Shown piece after piece: positions 1-8,449 of a stretch of DNA of 41,417 bases (its first letter is position 1; each line of letters opens with the position of its first letter). Under the pieces are notes generated by a model, which did no database searches, was not told the DNA's origin, and saw only the letters and a list, made by a program, of their open reading frames with translations. This stretch comes from an uncultured archaeon (GTDB lineage: Archaea; Asgardarchaeota; Heimdallarchaeia; Heimdallarchaeales; Kariarchaeaceae), in assembly GCA_964645535.1 (NCBI GenBank), contig CAZYCQ010000029.1:1-41417 (forward strand), given 5' to 3'. The position numbers and the translations under genes are program-made.

Positions 1-90
1 TCCCAAGTGATTGAAGAGGTTGGATTGGAAAATATTTTGGCAGAACTCACTACTGAGCAAAAAAACATGCTGAAAAAACTTCTGGGATAA
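1..90 (+). CDS. 3' end of a gene truncated by the window edge
   Basis: Frame 1 is open, SQVIEEVGLENILAELTTEQKNMLKKLLG, with TAA at 88-90. Confidence 0.5.
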   Translation, partial: SQVIEEVGLENILAELTTEQKNMLKKLLG

Positions 91-377
91 CAAACACCTT
101 CTAAAACGTTCATTTGCATTTTCACGCAGACTTCTCCTTTCATAAGTTCTATGAACCTTGTTGTCCTCGATATTGAAAGGCATGATAATCAACAAACGTG
201 CTCATTGGTCAAAACTTCGTTAAGGCTAACTGAATGGCTTCAATTCTTCCCTTACTTGCTTCTGAGGATTGATCCCAAAGTGATAAAAATGATAATCCTG
301 CGGTATGTTTGAATAAGTTTCATTATTTGTTGCTTTCTTTTCCCAAGACCATGTGCCCTTTTTTATTCCCTTAAAAA

Positions 378-977
378 TCATGTGAAGGTCAATATACGTT
401 TTGATAATTCTGGTCTTATTCCCTTCTTCTTAACTGAATCCTTTGCATACCCTAAAGGTAAGATAACCTGTGGTCTGAATACCTCTGGAATCTCTAGAAT
501 CTCATTTAGAAAGGTTTTGGGTTCTGGCGTGTAGGTGACTGTCGACAATCCCTCATATTCAGCCGCAAGAATCATGTAGCCAATGGATATCCAAGTACTT
601 TCAAGTGAATGACGATCCGCCCACTCTGAATTTTCAAACACCACCAACAGGACTGGCGCATCCGTGAGAAAACTCTTGGTTATACGGATGTCTTTCTTCT
701 GCACCCATTTCAAAAACTCATTGTCCTTGGATTTCCTCTTGTTCCGGTAGAATTCCCGTTCAACCGATTCTGCCCGTTTCCGGATCTCTGATTTGAGTTG
801 AGGGTTCGTGACCACCGCAATGAGGTAAGGGGATTTGTTTGAACCGGAAGGGGCATATATACCCGCTTGAATAATTCTCTCCACCTTAAGGGGATCGATG
901 CACTCCGTGGAATAATGCCGTGTTGTCCGTCGATTTTTCATCAGTTCATAGAGATCCGTCACTGTATTGCTTGTCAT
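378..977 (-). CDS. Nitroreductase family flavoprotein, iodotyrosine deiodinase-like
   Basis: RRTTRHY, APSGSNKSP and ESTWISIGYMILAAEYEGLSTVTYTP motifs. Start moved from 1187 to ATG 977 (MTSNTV) to fit the domain. Confidence 0.85.
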   Translation of the reverse strand: MTSNTVTDLYELMKNRRTTRHYSTECIDPLKVERIIQAGIYAPSGSNKSPYLIAVVTNPQLKSEIRKRAESVEREFYRNKRKSKDNEFLKWVQKKDIRITKSFLTDAPVLLVVFENSEWADRHSLESTWISIGYMILAAEYEGLSTVTYTPEPKTFLNEILEIPEVFRPQVILPLGYAKDSVKKKGIRPELSKRILTFT

Positions 978-1237
978 CCGGGATGTTAATAAATTGATGA
1001 TTTGACTAAAACTGTACCCCTCCATTGTTAAACATGGACTTCGATCCATAAAAAACTGCATTGGAGTGGATGACTGAAGGAAGTGCCTATGATGACTCCC
1101 CTGAAACCTTCCCGATGATTCCACCAACACCCGAACTTTTGCATCTGAACAAATTCGGATTTGTATGTCTCCTGAACATTCCACCACAAATCCAATTGCA
1201 TAGATGTCGGGAGTGGTTCAGTTCATCGTCCAATAAA

Positions 1238-1252
1238 TTGAAAATTGTTCAA
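1238..1252. promoter_or_regulatory. Candidate Lrp/FFRP operator palindrome
   Basis: TTGAA-AATTG-TTCAA upstream of a TATA-like TTTATATA and the lrp start. Confidence 0.4.
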
Positions 1253-1313
1253 AAAAATTTGTTTATAATGAACCAATTGGGTTTTTATATACGATATTTT
1301 GAATGGAATCAGA

Positions 1314-1775
1314 ATGGAGAACCTTGACGAACTTGACACCATGATCATTCAGCAACTTATGCAGGATTCAAGAATTCAGTATCGGAAACTTGTTGAACTA
1401 ACTGGAAAATCACTCGGTACTGTGTCAAACAGAATACAACGACTTCAAGACCTTGGAATAATCAAACATTGGACTGTTCTTGTAGATCCCGAAAAGATCG
1501 GATTCGACCTCACCGTCCTCATAAATATACAGATCGATGTCAAATTTCTGGATACTGTCAATGAACATCTCTCCGGTATCCCTGAATTGGTCGCAATCTA
1601 CAACATCACTGGAGAGTTCGACATCACCGCAATTGCAAGAGTACGATCAAGAAGACACCTTGATGCTGTGATCCATAGAATTCTTGAAACTGATCACATC
1701 CGAAGAACCTCCTCTAACGTGGTTCTGAGAATCCTGAAAGAAAACTTCAGGCTTCAGATGGAGGAAAAGCAATGA
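1314..1775 (+). CDS. Lrp/AsnC family transcriptional regulator
   Basis: N-terminal LDELD...DSR HTH, VDPEKIG linker and C-terminal ITGEFD RAM domain. Confidence 0.93.
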   Translation: MENLDELDTMIIQQLMQDSRIQYRKLVELTGKSLGTVSNRIQRLQDLGIIKHWTVLVDPEKIGFDLTVLINIQIDVKFLDTVNEHLSGIPELVAIYNITGEFDITAIARVRSRRHLDAVIHRILETDHIRRTSSNVVLRILKENFRLQMEEKQ

Positions 1776-2947
1776 CCACAAAACTTGCATCATGGACTGA
1801 AAACATCGCAGAATCTGAAATCAGAAGACTCCTCAGAGTCCAAACAAAATATTACATGGCGGGAGGAAAACCCGGAAATCTTCCCCTCAAATGCTTCTCC
1901 ACCATCTTCAAACAGATTGCCGAAGAACTTCAATCCGAAAATGGAAACCACCTCCTCAATTATGGCCCCACCGAAGGAATACTGGAACTCCGAAAAATCC
2001 TGCAGGAACGACTCATGAAAAATGAAGGAGTTACCGGAAATGTACTCATCACAACAGGATCACAACAGACAATTTACTCAGTCCTCAAAACCATTGCAAA
2101 CCCCGGTGATGTAGTCATTGCACCCACTCCTACATATCTCGGTTTCATCGGACCATGCACCATCCTAGGAATCCGCATCATAACCGTCCCGATAAACCCG
2201 TGGGGAATCTCCATCGATGATCTTACCCATGCATACAACCACTCTCTCGCCAAATACCACAAAAAACCCGTCGCCATATACATGTCATCTTTTGCCGATA
2301 ACCCTACCGGATATACCCCCAGCTGGAAAAACAAAACTGATATCTACAACTTCGCCGTCTCACACAAAATCATCATTATTGAAGATAACGCCTACAAGGA
2401 AATAACATTCAATGAAAAAACCAAACCCATCAAATCAATCGACAAAGAAAATGAAAACGTAATATATCTCTGCACAACCTCTAAAGAAGCCGCTGTCCTG
2501 AGAATAGGATATTCCGTCATACCAGACCATATCAATGAAATGATCATCAAACTTAAAGGATATATGGATCTCTGCACAAGCTCCATAGATCAACATATGG
2601 CCGCAAAATACTATCGGAACCATATCGATAACATAATCCCAAAAATCAGAAAAATATACCAAAAACAACGAAACGCAATGATATCCGCACTCAATAAAGA
2701 AATAGGTACAAACCACTCAAACCCAAAAGGCGGATTCTTCGTATGGGCTAACCTCGGAATTCAAAATACAAAAAATATCCTTGATGAAGTAATCAAAGAA
2801 TGCAACCTCAGCTATGTACCTGGTGAAGCTTTTCTCATAAACAAAAAACCAACTGGATACGCCAGACTAAGCTATAGCTCCCTGAAACCAAACGATATAA
2901 AATATGGAATTGAAAAACTTGCTCAATTCATCAATAACAAAATCTGA
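1772..2947 (+). CDS. PLP-dependent aminotransferase class I/II (LysN/ARO8-like)
   Basis: YGPTEG, ITTGSQQ, NPTG, IIEDNAY, SK...LRIGY and GGFFVW motifs. ATGA overlap with lrp. Confidence 0.9.
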   Translation: MTTKLASWTENIAESEIRRLLRVQTKYYMAGGKPGNLPLKCFSTIFKQIAEELQSENGNHLLNYGPTEGILELRKILQERLMKNEGVTGNVLITTGSQQTIYSVLKTIANPGDVVIAPTPTYLGFIGPCTILGIRIITVPINPWGISIDDLTHAYNHSLAKYHKKPVAIYMSSFADNPTGYTPSWKNKTDIYNFAVSHKIIIIEDNAYKEITFNEKTKPIKSIDKENENVIYLCTTSKEAAVLRIGYSVIPDHINEMIIKLKGYMDLCTSSIDQHMAAKYYRNHIDNIIPKIRKIYQKQRNAMISALNKEIGTNHSNPKGGFFVWANLGIQNTKNILDEVIKECNLSYVPGEAFLINKKPTGYARLSYSSLKPNDIKYGIEKLAQFINNKI

Positions 2948-3018
2948 AGACCGATTATTGCAAAACCCTCCCAATCAAATGTATCTCCCCCTAGCACACG
3001 AGGGTGAAAAAACCCGGA

Positions 3019-3131
3019 TGGCGAGGACGGGATTTGAACCCGCGAGTGCGGAAGCACACTGGTTTTCAAGGTTCCTGTTTTTGCAGGAATTTTCAAGACC
3101 AGCCCCTTGGACCAGGCTTGGGTACCTCGCC
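3019..3131 (-). tRNA. tRNA-Ser(UGA) with a 27-nt intron at position 37/38 (3065-3091)
   Basis: Folds with acceptor stem GGCGAGG/CCTCGCC, anticodon stem CTGGT/ACCAG around loop CT-TGA-AA after intron removal, long variable arm GTGC-TTCC-GCAC, and T arm GCGGG-TTCAAAT-CCCGT. No CCA follows the discriminator base. Confidence 0.88.
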
Positions 3132-3240
3132 GTTCAATATTTTCAATTGATTTGATTTTTTTATGGTTTTGGATTGTTTCGCGTGTTGTGGCATTTCAGT
3201 TGATGGCAAGGTTCAAATTTTGGTTTATGGATAGTGATTC

Positions 3241-4761
3241 ATGGTTTTTTCAGGAGTTGCTGGGATTGAGAATTGTTTGCGTCAGATTTCAATTTCGTTG
3301 CGATTTGGGGATTCTGGTGTTGTTTCAGATTTGTTGATTCGTTTTCGTGATTTGATTCGGGTGTATTCTTTATCAGATTTGATTTCGGTATCGGAGAAGC
3401 TTGATTTTTTTTTCCATCTTCTTCCTCGAGTGAATGATTTGGTAAATCGAGTTGATGATTCTGTTCTTCGTTCCCGTTTGTTGTTGCAGGTTTATCATTT
3501 GGTACTTTTGATTTCTTCTTTTGGTCGTACGAATCCTGGTTGGCGTTTGTTTGGTGGTGCGAATATTCTTTCGAGTGTTCTTGTTGGTCTTCCTGATTGG
3601 GTTCCATGGATTGATGTTGAGGGTTTGATAGCAGATCGTCGTTTTGATGAGGTAAATGATTTTCGTTATTTTCTAACGATTTCGATGGGTGTCTATATTG
3701 AATGTATTTTGATGTTGGATTCAGTTGAATATTCTGAGTTGATTTCTTGGGCTTCTTCGGCATTTTTTTATGGGGATGAATATCTGAATTTTCTGGAGCG
3801 TATTGATTTTGGGGTGCTGGTAGTTTTTTCAGAGGATCCGTTATCTGTTTATCGGCAGTATTTGTTTCCGATGTGGAATCAGTTTGCCTTCATGCACAAT
3901 CTTTTGAGGATTTTTGGTGATCGTTGGCCCTCCGGGTTGGTTTCTCGATTTGGTCATGGCTGGGAGGGTGTATTGAAGTATATTGTGTACCTGAAGGGGC
4001 TTTTCATGGAGAAATTTTCGGAGTTGGCTGAAATTTCGGGATCTTTGATGTTGGATGTTCCTCTTGATGAATCCCCTCATGTTTTTCGCCTTCTTCTTCT
4101 GACGGATTTTCTTGAGATATACGAGGAGGAATTGAATCAATATCTTCAATCGGAACCGAACATGGATCGTTTGCGTCATCTTCTTTTGGAGATGCTTGAT
4201 CGATTGGTTGGTGCTGGTGGTGGTTTTGATATGTCTTCATCGTTTTGGACCTATTATTATGACATTTTTGATCTTCTTTTGGAGGTTGGCTGTCCTCCAG
4301 GAGTCACTGACATTGTGGAAAGCAATCGAGATCATCTTGTGTTGCTTTATTACAAGGCATTTCGGTTGGATGTTTTGAAAGGTGGCTCCTTTGATGGTGA
4401 AAAGGTTGATTTTTTGAAGGCAGGCATTCAGTATTCTCCTCATGCCTACATTGACGTATTGATTTTGGAGACTCTTCATCTTTTTGGTGTAGGGGATGAA
4501 ATTGGTTTTATGCAGATGGTTGACGAGGTGGAGAGGTTCGGGCACGCAAAATTGGTTTCTCCCTGCTTGGATTTGTTGAAGGCATATTGTGTCTATCTTC
4601 GGACGGGGAATGAGGTGCATTTTCCTCCTCTGTATGAAAATCCTTTTGATGCAAACAGTTGGCATTTTGACTATCGTGTTCGTAGCCATTTGGGTGTTCG
4701 TCGTTATTATCCCTTTGGCACTCGTCTTCTGAAGATCCAAGGCTTTCCGTTTTCTGATTGA
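3241..4761 (+). CDS. Hypothetical protein, probably alpha-helical
   Basis: 506-codon ORF with no recognised motif and strongly T/G-biased codons. Confidence 0.6.
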   Translation: MVFSGVAGIENCLRQISISLRFGDSGVVSDLLIRFRDLIRVYSLSDLISVSEKLDFFFHLLPRVNDLVNRVDDSVLRSRLLLQVYHLVLLISSFGRTNPGWRLFGGANILSSVLVGLPDWVPWIDVEGLIADRRFDEVNDFRYFLTISMGVYIECILMLDSVEYSELISWASSAFFYGDEYLNFLERIDFGVLVVFSEDPLSVYRQYLFPMWNQFAFMHNLLRIFGDRWPSGLVSRFGHGWEGVLKYIVYLKGLFMEKFSELAEISGSLMLDVPLDESPHVFRLLLLTDFLEIYEEELNQYLQSEPNMDRLRHLLLEMLDRLVGAGGGFDMSSSFWTYYYDIFDLLLEVGCPPGVTDIVESNRDHLVLLYYKAFRLDVLKGGSFDGEKVDFLKAGIQYSPHAYIDVLILETLHLFGVGDEIGFMQMVDEVERFGHAKLVSPCLDLLKAYCVYLRTGNEVHFPPLYENPFDANSWHFDYRVRSHLGVRRYYPFGTRLLKIQGFPFSD

Positions 4762-4974
4762 TGGAAATTAATGGTGGGTGGGTGTGAAAATTGATCCTCC
4801 TCGTCCACACATATGGCTTCATTGTCATGCTCTTTGTCAGATGTTTCATCATCGTGTCATCCCTTCATCCATATCCTTCGGTCTACAGTGCCTGTCAACC
4901 CCTACATTGGGTGCATAGGGTTGATTTTGGCTACGATTGGAACTCTTTCATTTAAACGGAAGGTTTATGGTTCT

Positions 4975-6498
4975 TCATAAATCAAGGTTTCCTAATTCGA
5001 TGGCACGCGAAACGGTTGCAAGGATGGAAATCATTGGATTTACACCTACAGCCGTTGGCAGGATGCTTCCATCAAGAACATAGACGCCTTTGTAATGGTG
5101 CATCTGTCCTGTTTCATCCACTACTCCGTTTTGTTTTGCCATTCTACAGGTTCCTAGGGGATGTGCACTGAAAAGGGAAACCCTATTTGGTTGGAAAGGA
5201 ATTTCTTTGATGATGCTTGCCTCCTGGATGTTCGTCAGTTTTAGGGATGGATTGACGAAGGGTCTTACCTCTTTGGCACCGGTTTTGAACATGATTCTGA
5301 CAGCTGCTTCAAGCCCCATTCTCATGTGTTTGAGATCTGTCGGCGATAATCGGTAACGAATGGAAGGCACCTTCTTGAAAGTTATTCTCCCGTTCTGTGT
5401 GTTGATTCCTCTTCTCCATCTGACCTCTCCATTGGTTTTACCGTCTGCTCCGTCTCTCACCAAGACGATAATGGCCGAGCTCTTGTAGAGCTTTTTGAGA
5501 CCTTCTCTTCGTTCTGACCCAATGGCCGGATAGTTCACTCCTGCAAGGAACACTTCCAGATCAGGTGATTCGAGCCAGTAGCCATATCCTGTTTCATCAA
5601 AATATTCTGCCGTTGCGCTTTGGGGAATTCCATATGTAGGATGAATGTCAGATTCAAACAACCCGATTGTCGCTGTAACTGGATGGACTGAAAGATTTTT
5701 CCCAACCTGTCCCCCTTTGGTCAATCCTGATTCTTGAAGGAGGAGTGGAGACATTATTGCACTTCCGCTGACGACAACTCTCTTTGCATTGAACCTCAAT
5801 GTTTGCCCTTTCATGGTTGCCTTGACGGTATGCCTGTCCTTGGCATCGGTAACGATTCTGTAGGCACGGGTAGATGTATAGGCATGGGTTCCCTGATCGA
5901 TGGCATCCTTCAGATATGTAAGACGCATATCCTGTTTTGCGTCATAAGGGCATCCAAGACCGCATCCTCCACACCCGATGCAGTCCTTTGAGTTATTTGG
6001 AAGAATGTCATGATGCATCTTGAGGGCTTTTGCTCCTTCGAGTATGATTCGATTGGCTGGACTGACGGCATAGTCCGGTACTTTATGAACATTCAACCTT
6101 TTCTCGACTGTATCGAAATGAGATTGCATGTTTTCTGGCAGGTATTCCTCAAGACCGAACCGATCAGCCCACTCTTTGAGCACCCAATCCGGTGTACGGA
6201 GGGATGTCATCCAATTGATTGTGGTGGATCCACCGAATGTCTTGCCTTGCAGGATCCGGAGTGACTGATCATCAGTTCCCAAAGAGGCATTCTGTCGATA
6301 GAGACGCGGCACCAGTTCTCGGGGATTCTGGTTGAAATCCTCTTTCGTAACATATTCTCCCTCTTCAAGAATAACGACGGAGTATCCTTGAGCTGAAAGT
6401 TTAGCAGCAGTGATTGCTCCTCCGCACCCAGACCCTATGATTATTACATCCGCAGAAATCTCTGTTGTTCCATCAAAATTTTCAGGAGTTGTAATCAC
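4975..6498 (-). CDS. GMC family oxidoreductase (long-chain fatty alcohol oxidase-like)
   Basis: IIGSGCGG FAD motif, GGSTTINW, CIGCGGCGLGC, SAHPLGTCRM and PTAVGVNPM. Confidence 0.9.
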   Translation of the reverse strand: MITTPENFDGTTEISADVIIIGSGCGGAITAAKLSAQGYSVVILEEGEYVTKEDFNQNPRELVPRLYRQNASLGTDDQSLRILQGKTFGGSTTINWMTSLRTPDWVLKEWADRFGLEEYLPENMQSHFDTVEKRLNVHKVPDYAVSPANRIILEGAKALKMHHDILPNNSKDCIGCGGCGLGCPYDAKQDMRLTYLKDAIDQGTHAYTSTRAYRIVTDAKDRHTVKATMKGQTLRFNAKRVVVSGSAIMSPLLLQESGLTKGGQVGKNLSVHPVTATIGLFESDIHPTYGIPQSATAEYFDETGYGYWLESPDLEVFLAGVNYPAIGSERREGLKKLYKSSAIIVLVRDGADGKTNGEVRWRRGINTQNGRITFKKVPSIRYRLSPTDLKHMRMGLEAAVRIMFKTGAKEVRPFVNPSLKLTNIQEASIIKEIPFQPNRVSLFSAHPLGTCRMAKQNGVVDETGQMHHYKGVYVLDGSILPTAVGVNPMISILATVSRAIELGNLDL

Positions 6499-6956
6499 GC
6501 CGTTTCACCTCCTGCAAGCGGTGAATCTGGATAAAATGTCTTGGAAAGCAATGTAGGTGTCTCTTTCTCCCTTCCCAACGTTTTTCCAAGATGCCCGACC
6601 TCTGCTCCATGTTCCTCATTGGAATAATAGGTCCATCCACAAAGGGATCTTAGGGCTGTGAACCCTGTTCTGAGCAGGGGGATTTTGCTTGTGCCCCAGC
6701 CTTTTGCGTACCTGACTCTCTGATCAAGAGACAGGTTTTCAAAGGACTTGAACCTCCCTGTCCTCAGAAAGACCATAATCGGAGATCCGAAAAGCGAGAT
6801 CAATGTTTTGATGTCCTTAATAAGGAAATCGTCCAAAAGTCCTACATACCTATCCATTTCTTGGACGAAATCCTCTCCCAAATCTTCTGGGGGAATTCCT
6901 AGAAATGCCTCACCAATCGCAATTAGCCGTCGTCGGTGCTTCTCATCGAATACCAT
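6495..6956 (-). CDS. Small partner of the GMC enzyme (gluconate 2-dehydrogenase subunit 3-like / FAO N-terminal-like)
   Basis: FENLSLDQR...W..S...LLRTGFTALRSL....YY pattern. 4-bp overlap with the GMC gene. Confidence 0.7.
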   Translation of the reverse strand: MVFDEKHRRRLIAIGEAFLGIPPEDLGEDFVQEMDRYVGLLDDFLIKDIKTLISLFGSPIMVFLRTGRFKSFENLSLDQRVRYAKGWGTSKIPLLRTGFTALRSLCGWTYYSNEEHGAEVGHLGKTLGREKETPTLLSKTFYPDSPLAGGETA

Positions 6957-7114
6957 TACCTGTTGGTGAAAATTTTAGTATTTTAGCCTTGGGTGGCAAT
7001 TTTGGATATTCTTGAAGTTTTATTCCCTGATATGCCAGATTATTTTCTCAATTATGGAACAATTCAATAGCATTGCAACCCAATGACTAAAAACAGTAGA
7101 TCTTTTGTCAAGCT

Positions 7115-8362
7115 ATGGATCGTAGGGTGTCATACTCGATCTCATTATTTATTCACATTGTTTTTGCAATGCTTTTTCGAGACTATGTAGATACATATGT
7201 GTTTTTAGAGACAGCAGAAGATATCTTGATCTTTGGCACTCCTTTCTATACAGACACGGGTTTTCATGCACTATTCAATTATTTTCCCCTCGCATTCTTT
7301 CCAATCTTGATTGGTCCGTTTCTCTATTTTTTCCTCAACCTCAATAATCTTATGCTCCAACGACTATTTCTGAAAATTCCTTTTATTTTGGGAGATCTGG
7401 TTCTTGCTTGGTTATTGTACAAGTATTCAGGTAACAATCCTCATATCGAACAGCTAATGTTGTTTAACCCCTTGCTTATCTATATAAGTGCAATCAAGGG
7501 ACAGTTCGATGTGCTAGTGGCAATCTGTGTAGTCATGCACTGGAGGGCATTAACACAGGGGGCTTATTTGAAATCAGGATTTTGGGCGAGCATTGCTTTT
7601 CTTCTAAAAATTCATGGTGGCTTTCTCCCTTTTTTTGTCTTTGTTTTTCTCTTGCCTCATCAACCGAAACAGGCTTTGCGTATGGCTGGGGCAGCATTGG
7701 TGACTTTAGTTGCAGTCCTCCTGCCATTTGCATTAATTGATCTGGATGGAATGATCTCGCATGCAATTCTTTACCATGTTTCACGTCCTCCAAACGGCTT
7801 TTCTTTGACGGGCATGTTGTATGGTGCGTTTAACTTCCTTTTTCCAGGCTCCGTACTCGTCAATGTATTGATCTTCGTCAGTACAGGAGTTTTACTTTGG
7901 ACTTTGGTATACACATCCATTGAGGTGTTCAGGCTAGGCCAAAGAAAAACAGATCCCCATCAAATTCTTCCTTTTGTCATTAGATTTTTCATCCTGTTTT
8001 TCCTGTTTAACAAAGTCTTTTGGCTACAATATGCAATAGTGCCATTGGCGATTTACTTTCTTCAAGACCGAAATTGGAACGAAAGGCAGTTGAAACAGGC
8101 ACTTTATTGGTCTATTCTCTTCATACCAATTGCTGCAATATTTAGATTGATTGAAATGGTTCCTCCTGATCTTCGAAACTTTCTCGGTGAGTCCTGGATT
8201 TCCATCCTCTGGGTCAGCTTCGTAATGTTGCACTTTATTGGTCTTTTAGCTTTTCTGAAAGCTATTGAATGGACCCGACGCTCAAAATTACTTTATGCAG
8301 TATTCTTGCTTCTTTTGCCGATTCATTATTTTCTTAATCTTACACTTGCTCCTTATCGGTGA
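7115..8362 (+). CDS. GT-C fold membrane glycosyltransferase (GT87/PIG-M-like)
   Basis: Polytopic. Early acidic DYVD loop, then FNYFP, LKIPFILGDL, FNPLLIYISAIKGQFD and NKVFWLQY. Confidence 0.75.
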   Translation: MDRRVSYSISLFIHIVFAMLFRDYVDTYVFLETAEDILIFGTPFYTDTGFHALFNYFPLAFFPILIGPFLYFFLNLNNLMLQRLFLKIPFILGDLVLAWLLYKYSGNNPHIEQLMLFNPLLIYISAIKGQFDVLVAICVVMHWRALTQGAYLKSGFWASIAFLLKIHGGFLPFFVFVFLLPHQPKQALRMAGAALVTLVAVLLPFALIDLDGMISHAILYHVSRPPNGFSLTGMLYGAFNFLFPGSVLVNVLIFVSTGVLLWTLVYTSIEVFRLGQRKTDPHQILPFVIRFFILFFLFNKVFWLQYAIVPLAIYFLQDRNWNERQLKQALYWSILFIPIAAIFRLIEMVPPDLRNFLGESWISILWVSFVMLHFIGLLAFLKAIEWTRRSKLLYAVFLLLLPIHYFLNLTLAPYR

Positions 8363-8449
8363 AAATCCGTCTCTTTTTGCTCTCGAGTCACGACCTCCTG
8401 TCGGAATTTCCTCCATAAATTTCAGTTCATTCATTTGCAAAATTGAAAT

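Noticed and set aside
978-1187. Extended N-terminus of the nitroreductase ORF, and ORF 1061-1327
   Set aside because: No domain resemblance. They occupy the divergent promoter region.
3019-3131. Possible tRNA-Sec or suppressor tRNA
   Set aside because: The anticodon on the coding strand is UGA (reads UCA), not UCA, and the acceptor and T stems are the standard 7/5.
3239-4852. Antisense ORFs rich in N/Q/K/H
   Set aside because: By-products of the extreme T/G skew of the + strand gene.
4895-4924. Bulged hairpin TCAACCCCTA...TAGGGTTGA between convergent genes
   Set aside because: Possibly a terminator, but too weak to call.
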